Positions 18,814 through 26,405 of a DNA stretch of 26,405 bases are shown here, in pieces. Numbering within the stretch: the first letter of the stretch is position 1; each line of letters opens with the position of its first letter. The stretch is from an uncultured Verrucomicrobiales bacterium (GTDB lineage Bacteria > Verrucomicrobiota > Verrucomicrobiia > Verrucomicrobiales > DEV007), in the NCBI GenBank assembly GCA_938091905.1, contig CALKOM010000099.1:1-26405 (forward strand). Direction: 5' to 3'. A model generated the notes under the pieces. The model did no database searches. It was not told the DNA's origin and saw only the letters and a list, made by a program, of their open reading frames with translations. A program made the translations under genes and the position numbers.

Positions 18814-19232
18814 ATGGTAAGCAGCTAGTCGCGACAGTCGAAGACACCCATCGTGTGGCCAAGGCGCTCGCCGCAGATTTGCAGGCGGGTGATGTCATCG
18901 CGCTAACGGGGGCCTTAGGTGCCGGTAAGACTCACTTTTCAAAGGGCCTTGTTGCGGGGCTAGGATCTGGCTCTACAGTCACCAGTCCGACTTTCGGGAT
19001 TGTGCACGAGTATTCAGATGGTAGGCTGCCGGTCGCTCACTTTGATTTCTATCGTTTAGAGAGCGAGGAAGAATTGTTAGAGTTGGGCTGGGATGATTAC
19101 TTAGATCGTGGTGGCGTGGTCATTGTAGAATGGGCGGATAGGTTTGCGACTTTCCTTCCTTCCCATGCCCAGTGGTGGCAATTGCAGCACGATGAAGAAA
19201 GCGGTGGTCGCTTGCTGGAACGGGTGTCATGA
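18810..19232 (+). CDS. tsaE: t6A biosynthesis ATPase TsaE
   Basis: GALGAGKT, VTSPTF, HFDFYRL and VEWA motifs. Confidence 0.96.
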   Translation: MNGKQLVATVEDTHRVAKALAADLQAGDVIALTGALGAGKTHFSKGLVAGLGSGSTVTSPTFGIVHEYSDGRLPVAHFDFYRLESEEELLELGWDDYLDRGGVVIVEWADRFATFLPSHAQWWQLQHDEESGGRLLERVS

Positions 19233-19241
19233 TTGGTGCTC

Positions 19242-19871
19242 ATGCTTACACTCGCTCTAGAGACGTCGACATCGCAGGGAAGCCTCGCGCTTTTTGACGG
19301 GGAAGCGTTGCTAGAAAGCTATCATTTCCAGGCTCTGCGTGGACATAATAGCAAGATCTATCGCCCTCTTGAGTCGATGTTAGACATGCTTGGCGATCGG
19401 CGCCTGGATCGGCTTGTTGTGGGGACGGGACCGGGAAGTTATACGGGAGTGCGCATTGCCATTGCCATTGCAGATGCGCTTGCGCTGAGTCATGGAGCAG
19501 CCTTAATCGGCTGTTGTTCGATGATTGCTGCGAAGCTTGGTGAGACGGAGGAACACTATTGGGTCGCGGGGGATGCGCGTCGGGATTCATGGTATCGTGC
19601 GGAAGTGCGGTCGGGTGCTTTGGTTGGCGAGTTGATCACTGAGTCACGTGAACTCTGGGAGTCGGCGGTGGGCGAAGCGCTTGCAGCGAACGTGCCTGTG
19701 CGCACATTTGATCCTAAGTCGCCGCTTGTGGGAGTGGAGATCGATGTTCCGACGGCGGAACGATTGGGGCGAGTTAGTCAATCATTGTCAGCGAATGCGC
19801 GGCCCGTAGAGCCAACCTACTTGGCGCCTCCCTATATTACCACACCAAAGAAGCCTGGCAAAGTGCTCTGA
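19242..19871 (+). CDS. tsaB: t6A biosynthesis protein TsaB
   Basis: LALETS, VGTGPGSYTGVRI, DARR and P.Y motifs; adjacent to tsaE. Confidence 0.93.
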   Translation: MLTLALETSTSQGSLALFDGEALLESYHFQALRGHNSKIYRPLESMLDMLGDRRLDRLVVGTGPGSYTGVRIAIAIADALALSHGAALIGCCSMIAAKLGETEEHYWVAGDARRDSWYRAEVRSGALVGELITESRELWESAVGEALAANVPVRTFDPKSPLVGVEIDVPTAERLGRVSQSLSANARPVEPTYLAPPYITTPKKPGKVL

Positions 19872-19878
19872 AGATCGA

Positions 19879-20370
19879 CTAGTCGTTATTCTGATATTCA
19901 GCGAGTATTCCTTCGCATCCATTTTCCACCATTTGGATGACCATGTGGAAGCCTTCCTCGCCGCCATAATAGGGATCGGGCACTTCTTCGGGAAATTTGT
20001 TGCCGGAGCAATAGCGTCCGAAGAGGCGAATCTTCTCGTCATATGCCTCTTCAGTATCGAGTAGTCGAAGGTCTGCAAGATTGCTTCGGTCCATGGCCAA
20101 GATGAGGTCAAATTCCTCCAAGTCGGTTGTCAGCACTTGCCTGGCGGCACCTTTAAAGTCGTAACCATGCTCCTTGGCTGCTTGACGCATTCGTGCATCT
20201 GGCAGCTTTCCTGTATGCCAATCCATGGTGCCAGCGGAATCACAGAGGATAATATCCGCCAGGCCGGCCTTCCGGACGACTGCATTCATGATATTCTCGC
20301 CTGCTGGCGAACGGCAAATGTTGCCAAGGCAGACGAAGAGGATGCGAAAAGGGGGTGTTGAGCTCGTCAT
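19879..20370 (-). CDS. Low-molecular-weight protein-tyrosine phosphatase
   Basis: VCLGNICRS P-loop, DSAGT and VPDPYYGG motifs. Confidence 0.95.
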   Translation of the reverse strand: MTSSTPPFRILFVCLGNICRSPAGENIMNAVVRKAGLADIILCDSAGTMDWHTGKLPDARMRQAAKEHGYDFKGAARQVLTTDLEEFDLILAMDRSNLADLRLLDTEEAYDEKIRLFGRYCSGNKFPEEVPDPYYGGEEGFHMVIQMVENGCEGILAEYQNND

Positions 20371-20457
20371 GATCACACGCTTGGAGACGGTTGTCTTGTT
20401 GGCAAGTCTTGCCATTCCGCGGGTTAGTGGCTAATTCTGAGTTGAGTGGTCATTCAA

Positions 20458-20713
20458 ATGACAAAGCGAGCAGAGAACATTGAGGTTTAGCTTATGATGA
20501 CGGTGCCTCTGTGATGCCTTCTATACGGGCGTGGTAGAGGCTACCGTGCACGTCTTGAAGGTTGCTGGTTGCCGGGTGCATGTGCCAGAAGATCAGACCT
20601 GTTGCGGTCAACCTCCTTTCAATGGTGGACACTTTGAATCTTCGCGACGCATTGCTCAGCACACGGCCAAGGTTTTGACGAAGATCTCCCTGTCATTGTT
20701 CTATCCGGCTCCT
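20458..20713 (+). pseudogene. LutA/YkgE-like CCG-domain Fe-S protein, truncated N-terminal remnant
   Basis: MTKRAENIEV*LMMT / CLCDAFY...VPEDQTCCGQPPFNGG...TAKV / DEDLPVIVLSGS: one stop, two frameshifts, then the homology ends. Confidence 0.8.
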
Positions 20714-20943
20714 TTCGTGGCGTTCTTATTGGTCAGTTCGCTGGCGGGCAGGGGCGACAGGAAGATCTTGAGATCAGGAGCTTTCTTTGTAGAGAAGCTA
20801 GAAAGGATGACTTGCTTATTCTCGATCTTCCAACTGCCTTTCATGGCGTGTGATTTTCTAGTCTATGTGTCAGAGCCGTTTTGAGCATAGGTGGGAAGGG
20901 CAAAGAGGAGAGCGGTGAATGCTGCAATTGCGATGGTGCTCAT
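20707..20943 (-). pseudogene. DM13-domain secreted protein remnant
   Basis: Not in the ORF track. MSTIAIAAFTALLFALPTYAQNGSDT*TRKSHAMKGSWKIE...FSTKKAPDLKIFLSP...NATKGA. TAG at 20863-20865; C-terminal half missing. Confidence 0.7.
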
Positions 20944-21117
20944 GGTATTGGGTGGGCTTGGTTGTTTGGTGGCTGATGTGGTGCCGGCGGACGCCTAGTT
21001 ATCGGAGGTGGCACAAGGGGCAAAGTAGCTTAGCTACGTTCTGTTCAGGAGACGACTTGTGCAGAAATGTCTCCGGCATTTGGCAAAGAAATGCTAGAGT
21101 TAACTACTATAATAGTA

Positions 21118-22329
21118 TTATGGTCTGTTCGCTAGAGCGGTGGCAATCTTAAGTTCAGATTCCAAGGTTCGGTGGACGGGGCATCGATTTGCGATTTCTG
21201 TCAATCTTGCCCGCTGTTCATCGTCAAGGTCCCCATCGAGACTTAATGTGCGCTCGGTTATATCGACTTTGCCGGTCTAGGTTTCACAGGTTTTGCAATC
21301 TTTCGCGTGAATCTTTTCGTGGCGAAGCTTCACCTTGACAGAGTCTAGTGGCCATTTTTTGTGATTGGCATAGAGTCGCAAAGTCATCGCGGTGCAGGCA
21401 CCTAGACCTGCTGTTAGAAAGTCATAGGGCGTTGGCCCAAGATTAGTGTCGCCAACGGAAACAGGTTTATCGGCAATGAGGGTTTTTCCATTGATAAGAA
21501 GATCGGTCTGCAGACAGGTCTGGCCGATGTGTGCGATCACTTCATCTTCTGATGACGTTTCTTCGGTGGGGGTAAGATAACGTTCTGCCCATGAGGCGAT
21601 GGTGCGGCCTGCGTAGAGCGAATCTTTGGGATTAGTCAGCAAGTAATCTGCGTGGTCTAGCGAAATGAAGCTCTTTGGATAAAGCGCTCGACCATAAATC
21701 TTCGCTGCATTCTCGATTCCGACGGTTTCATCAATGGGAGAGTGTAGAATAAGGAGTGCTTTGCCTAACCGATGGGTAGCCTCCTCCATGGGGACGGTGT
21801 CTAGATCTTCAATGAAGGCTTTCTTGATAAGGAAGTCACGCTCGGCGATGGCAACGGTTGCTTCGCCTAGGGTATCGGTTTCATCGCGTTTGGCGTCAAG
21901 CAGATGGGTGACATGCGCAGGATCTGCGGGAGCCCCGATGGTCGCGACGGCGCGAATAGAGTCAATTAGCGACGTGGCGCGGATGGCTGCAGCACCGCCT
22001 AACGAATGGCCGATGAGGATTTTTAGGGCCTCGGCAATATCTTAGAGAAATGGTGACGCGCGATAGAGATCATCCACGTTCGTGGAGAAGGTTGTTTCAG
22101 AGAATTGACCGCCACTCTGACCCAAGCTGGGAAAGTCGAAACGAAAGACGCCGATTCCAAGATCGGTCAGCGCTTTGGAAATATGGCGGACTGCATGAAG
22201 ATCTTTGCTGCAAGTGAAACAATGTGAGAGTAACGCGTAGGCACGTGGATTTCCTAAGACGGGGAGATCTAGTTTTGCTGCGAGCGCATGCCCGTCCGCG
22301 TTTGGAAACGTGTATTCGTGAGTTTTCAT
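21118..22329 (-). pseudogene. Bifunctional alpha/beta-hydrolase-OsmC protein pseudogene
   Basis: One frame with HCFTC, GHSLGG, LGACT and RCPVHRTL motifs, interrupted by TAA (22042-22044) and TAG (21277-21279). Confidence 0.88.
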
Positions 22330-23508
22330 AGTCCGATTTCAGCTTCCCATGCGGTTGAAACGGCAGCTGCGATGCGCGGTGCCACACTGAGATCTAGCGG
22401 GTCTGGCAGGATCTGCTCGGCCGATGGGGTTTCATCGGCATCCGTGAGCGCCATCGCGGCTGCGATTTTCATCGATTCGGCGCTGCCTGTGGCTCCTGCA
22501 TCGAGGGCTCCACGAAAGATGCCAGGGAAGGCAAGCATGTTGTTTACTTGGTTCGGAAAGTCGCTCCTGCCTATACCCACCACAGCGGTCCCGGCTTTTC
22601 TTGCAACATCTTGCATGATTTCAGGTGTCGGATTAACCATCGCTAGAATGATAGGTCTATCGGCCATGCTTTGGACCTCGGGGGCACCGATTAAGTTTCC
22701 CTTACTTACGTTAATGAGGACATCCGCTCTTTGGAGCACATCGGTGAGAATGCCTTCACGTTTTTCTAGATTGGTGAATGCTAGGAGTGCCTCCTTCTGT
22801 GGATTAAGGTCCGTTCGTCCTGCGTGAATGGCTCCCTTGGAGTCACAGACGGCGATGTGTTTCACTGGAATACAAACGTCAGAATCTTGGCCCACGCAGC
22901 GTGAGAGCTTGGCAATCGCCATGCCGGCTGCACCTGCTCCGTTGATTACGACGCTTAGCGTTTCCAAAGGTCTATCCACGACCCGTGAAGCGTTGATCAA
23001 TGCGGTTAGTAGGACAATGGGAGTGCCGTGCTGATCATCGTGAAAGACGGGAATGCCCAAGTCTTGCAGAGCGTCTTCAATTTGAAAGCACTTGGGCGCG
23101 CCGAAGTCTTCGAGATTGATACCACCAAAGACAGGAGCGATGCGTCGTACCGTTTCAATGATTTCGGCAGCGTCTTGGGTGTCAATGCAGATGGGCCACG
23201 CATGAATGCCAGCAAATTCTTTAAACAGCATGGCATTGCCTTCCATCACTGGAATAGCGGCCGAAGGACCAATGTTTCCGAGTCCAAGTACGGCAGACCA
23301 ATCGCTGCCAATGCCGACGGCCTTTCCCAATGATCGTGAGGCGCAAGGCTGCTTTCTTGTCCTGAGCAATGGCTTCATAGGGGCGGGCAACGCCAGGAGT
23401 GTAGGCAATGGAGAGATCGTCGCGTGACTTCACGGGCAGCTTGTTAAAGATGCCAATCTTCCCGCGCAGTTGTTTGTGGACGACGAGGCTGCATTCGGAG
23501 TGAGTCGT
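22326..23508 (-). pseudogene. NAD(P)-dependent malic enzyme (short type) pseudogene
   Basis: LSIAYTPGVA, INLED, FHDDQHGT and GRSDFPNQVNN motifs. Frameshift near 23322, apparent ACG start, and EGN where EGK is normally conserved. Confidence 0.88.
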
Positions 23509-23544
23509 CCTTAGTTCGGGCGTCCGTGATTGTCTTCGGAGTGA

Positions 23545-25059
23545 CTAGCGACGTGCCCAGGCAAGCCATTTACTCATCATCGAGGCGACGAATGGAGTGA
23601 GGCGTGTCTTATTGTAGAGATCGCCAACCTTTCGGATGGCTTCGGCTACGGTTGGATACGGGTGAATGGTGTTCGCAATCTTTCCAAGTCCAATGCCGTT
23701 GGTGATTGCTAGCGTGAGTTCGCCTATCATGTCTCCAGCGTTGGCTCCCACGACCGTCGCTCCGACGATTTCATCGCTGCCCTTGCGCACGTGGATTTTC
23801 ACGAAACCATCGGTCTCTCCAGACAGGATGGCGCGATCTACACCGCTAAGAGGTTGGGTGAAGGTATCGACGTCGACGTCGACGTCTTTCTCGTAGAGGC
23901 CGACGTGGGCAATCTCCGGCTCGGTGTAGGTCGCCCACGGGATGATGAGTGCACTGGCTTTGGCTCGTCCCATAAAGAGGGCGTTGCGAATTACGTTTCG
24001 CGCCATGAAATCAGCGGCGTGTGTAAACCGATAGGGAGAGCAGATATCTCCAGCTGCATAAATGTGAGGCACGGTGGTCTGTTGCTTATCGTTGACAATG
24101 ACCCCTTTCTTGGTGAAATCTATGCCGATTTCTTCCAGACCGAGCCCGTCAACGTTGGGCGCACGCCCCACCGCGACGAGGAGTTTATCGACGACGTGAT
24201 CATAGCCACGATCAGACGCTTCGACTTTCATTCTAACTTTGCCATCGTCTGCAGGGCTTAGCTGGAGTTTGCGGCCACAGCAGAGGACGTGAACGCCATC
24301 TTTGTCCATTGATGACTGAACGATCGCGGCCGCGTCTGGATCTTCGCGAGGTAGGATGCCTGCAGCTGTTTCGATGAGAAACACCTCGGAACCTAGTCGG
24401 GCGAAGCTTTGTGCCATCTCACAACCGATAGGCCCGGCACCAATCACTCCAAAGCGCTTCGGAAGCTCTGTCAGGGAGAATAACGTTTCATTAGTCAGGT
24501 AGTCTATAGTGTCTAGCCCTGGGATGGGTGGCGCAGAAGCCCGCGCACCCGTGGCGATGCAGGCTTTCTTGAACGTTAGCTGCTCGCCTTGCACGTCGAT
24601 CGTGTGTCTGTCTACGAAAGTGGCACCGCCAAGATAGAGATCGATGCCGAGATCCTTGAATCGTTGGGCTGAGTCGTGTGGGCTGATACCCGCGCGCAGT
24701 TTGCGCATGCGCTCCATCGCCTTTCCGAAGTTAGCAGTGAAGCCACCGTGAACGTCAATTCCAAAGTCACCAGCGTCACGTATTTGAGCGGCGCGCCGTG
24801 CTGCAGCGATAATCGCTTTGGAAGGTACACACCCGACATTGAGACAGTCGCCACCGAGTAAATCTCTTTCGACCAAGGCTACCTTGGCACCGAGACCGGC
24901 GGCTCCGGCAGCGGTGACGAGTCCGGCAGTGCCTCCCCCTATCACGACCATGTTGTAGGTGCCATCTGGTGTAGGGTTTTGCCAGTTCGTGGGATGAACG
25001 TTCGACTGGAGTTCCTGATTGTGCGTGTCGAGTGGGAGTAAGGCTGGTAGGGTGCTCAT
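23545..25059 (-). CDS. Flavoprotein disulfide reductase, MerA-like family without C-terminal Cys pair
   Basis: GGGTAG, GGDCLNVGCVPSK, GAGPIG, AAGD and HPYPT motifs; no NmerA domain and no terminal CC. Confidence 0.9.
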   Translation of the reverse strand: MSTLPALLPLDTHNQELQSNVHPTNWQNPTPDGTYNMVVIGGGTAGLVTAAGAAGLGAKVALVERDLLGGDCLNVGCVPSKAIIAAARRAAQIRDAGDFGIDVHGGFTANFGKAMERMRKLRAGISPHDSAQRFKDLGIDLYLGGATFVDRHTIDVQGEQLTFKKACIATGARASAPPIPGLDTIDYLTNETLFSLTELPKRFGVIGAGPIGCEMAQSFARLGSEVFLIETAAGILPREDPDAAAIVQSSMDKDGVHVLCCGRKLQLSPADDGKVRMKVEASDRGYDHVVDKLLVAVGRAPNVDGLGLEEIGIDFTKKGVIVNDKQQTTVPHIYAAGDICSPYRFTHAADFMARNVIRNALFMGRAKASALIIPWATYTEPEIAHVGLYEKDVDVDVDTFTQPLSGVDRAILSGETDGFVKIHVRKGSDEIVGATVVGANAGDMIGELTLAITNGIGLGKIANTIHPYPTVAEAIRKVGDLYNKTRLTPFVASMMSKWLAWARR

Positions 25060-25110
25060 TAGAAGGAATGGTCGGTCGGGAATTGTTAGCTTGAGAGCGC
25101 TGGTGGAAAG

Positions 25111-25704
25111 TTATTCCGAAGTGAGGGGTATTGTGGATGTCTGGTGGACGCTGATGAGATGCCGTACGCTTTCCATCGCTGCATCGATTGGCCAGTTAGA
25201 CTGGAGGTTCTGCGCTTCAGTAGTGGCCCCGGAATAGAGAAGAAAGAGAGTGGTGCCAAGGCGGCAAGACGCCGAACCGGCTGGGGCTAGATCGCGAGCG
25301 AGGTTGATGAAGAAGTCTCGAATAGACAGTTTATGAAGCTCTACTTGTTCCGATATGGGAGGGGATGCCTTGTCCAGGCTCGAGACAGTGTTCGTGAATG
25401 GGCATCCCCGATAATCCTTTGTGTGCATCCATTCTTTCAGTGCCGAGAAGTATTCTAACACTTTTCTTTCGGAGTCCCCAGGCGCATTCAAGATGGCATC
25501 GTGACGAGCATTCGAGCGTGCGTGGGTTTCTTCAAGCCAGGTCAGGCACAGGTTCTCCTTGCTTGGGAAATGGTGGTAGAAGCTGGCCTTGGCAGTCTGA
25601 GATCTGTCGATGATCTCGTTGATTCCGACTGCCACATAGCCGCGCTCGGTGAACAGATTGGCCGCAGTTTCTAGAAGGCGATCGCGGGCTTTGGGTTTCT
25701 TCAT
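25111..25704 (-). CDS. TetR/AcrR-family regulator (NemR-like)
   Basis: HTH ...AKASFYHHFPSKENL and RGCPF motif. Confidence 0.93.
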   Translation of the reverse strand: MKKPKARDRLLETAANLFTERGYVAVGINEIIDRSQTAKASFYHHFPSKENLCLTWLEETHARSNARHDAILNAPGDSERKVLEYFSALKEWMHTKDYRGCPFTNTVSSLDKASPPISEQVELHKLSIRDFFINLARDLAPAGSASCRLGTTLFLLYSGATTEAQNLQSNWPIDAAMESVRHLISVHQTSTIPLTSE

Positions 25705-25746
25705 GACTTGTGTAAAACAGACCGGTCTGTACTATACAAGTCATGA
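25701..25746. promoter_or_regulatory. 46-bp imperfect palindrome with TetR-type operator core, overlapping the TetR start codon
   Basis: TCATGACTTGTgTAaa-ACAGACCGGTCTGT-acTAtACAAGTCATGA: 20 of 23 pairs match, with a perfect 14-bp core at 25717-25730. Confidence 0.8.
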
Positions 25747-26268
25747 TTTTAGGCTTCTGACTCAAGCTTCGGTTGAGACCGTTCTTATCAGCTGGAATTC
25801 ATTGGCCCCAAGAGGGTACTCTTGGCCTGCGCACTGAAGGTCTCAGGTCATGCCATCAAGGCTCTCTGTAGCCTTGATTAGTTGAAGTGCAGTGAGACTG
25901 GACCTGATGTTTTCATGATCGTGTCGGCTCTTTGTTTGGGTGTTGTTGGCTTGGGAATTGGGTGATGGATTCATGTCGTTTTATTCTTAGTTCCCAAGCT
26001 GACGCCCGATCTGAACCGTCTGTTCCAAAAAATCGGATATGTTCATCTCAGCTTTTTACATGATCAACAAAGAGCAGACGGATGGAAACTGGAGAGCTGC
26101 ATGACAAGCAAGATGAGGAGGATGGGATTCAGTGAAGCCCCCTAGTCTAGCCTGAAGTGAATTCTATCCCCATCGGGGCTGAGCTACGTCGGTGAAAGAT
26201 CTCGCAATGGAAGGGTTGGAGAGACCGGCTCCTCCCGGCCGAATGCAGTTTGTGAATGAATTTTTCTC

Positions 26269-26405
26269 TAGGGCTAATCCATTAATTCGCTTAGAGCACT
26301 AACTCATTGACTGTCAGTTCACGATGGTGATATATAGCGCTTGCAGATCCACTTCTATGACTGACAAATATCTTATTGATTCGGCTACGTGGGCCAAGTT
26401 GCGCC
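26269..26405 (+). mobile_element. Left end of a second IS5-family element (IR, putative promoter, transposase start)
   Basis: IR TAGGGCTAATCCATTAATTC at 26269-26288 and TTGACT-N18-TATATA at 26307-26336. Confidence 0.85.
26357..26405 (+). CDS. IS5-family transposase N-terminus (cut by window end)
   Basis: MTDKYLIDSATWAKLR resembles the l-d-W-l-p start of IS5-family transposases and lies 68 nt inside the IR. Confidence 0.65.
   Translation, partial: MTDKYLIDSATWAKLR

Noticed and set aside
21025..21118. Run of four small inverted repeats upstream of the DM13 remnant
   Set aside because: 6-bp arms, unrelated to each other or to the TetR operator core, so compatible with chance.
20863..22044. 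Repeated in-frame TAG/TAA suggesting stop-codon reassignment
   Set aside because: Intact genes here end in TAG, TAA and TGA. The internal stops appear to replace different residues and co-occur with frameshifts, so this is decay.
23545..25059. merA mercury-resistance call
   Set aside because: No C-terminal Cys pair, no NmerA domain and no merR/T/P nearby.
895..25837. Many alternative-frame and antisense ORFs in the track
   Set aside because: They overlap well-supported genes and carry no motifs. Only the frames used to rebuild pseudogenes were kept.
25762..26268. Short interrupted minus-strand ORF (MNPSPNSQ...) and a faint HEARO/omega-RNA-like look near 26135-26240
   Set aside because: No recognisable domain, only scattered short motifs, and no IscB/TnpB gene adjacent. 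An Rfam search would be needed.

Overview
Bacterial window, probably Verrucomicrobiota (inferred from the PEP-CTERM protein, the C-terminal module of the sugar dehydrogenase and the attC style). It runs from the 3' end of one IS5-family element to the 5' end of another; the two ends share an exact 20-bp inverted repeat. There are three zones. (1) About 212-4320 is a decaying integron gene-cassette array with no integrase in the window. It holds one intact attC, two or three broken ones, one intact 401-codon cassette gene, three ruined cassette genes and an IS4-family element. (2) 4370-20370 is intact genes: SIS/ROK/SDR sugar cluster, GNAT, DAHP synthase, tlyA-nadK, PEP-CTERM protein, Hsp33, GSDH-diheme cytochrome, Ser/Thr kinase-TPR, tsaE, tsaB and an LMW phosphatase. 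(3) 20458-25746 is a lutA/DM13 deletion fusion followed by a TetR-led redox cluster. Its first two genes are intact, the distal genes are pseudogenes, and a 46-bp palindrome covers the TetR start codon. All family calls come from reading motifs by eye, with no database searches. The best candidate for a hidden system is the cassette array, which is a known class of element carrying uncharacterised cargo.
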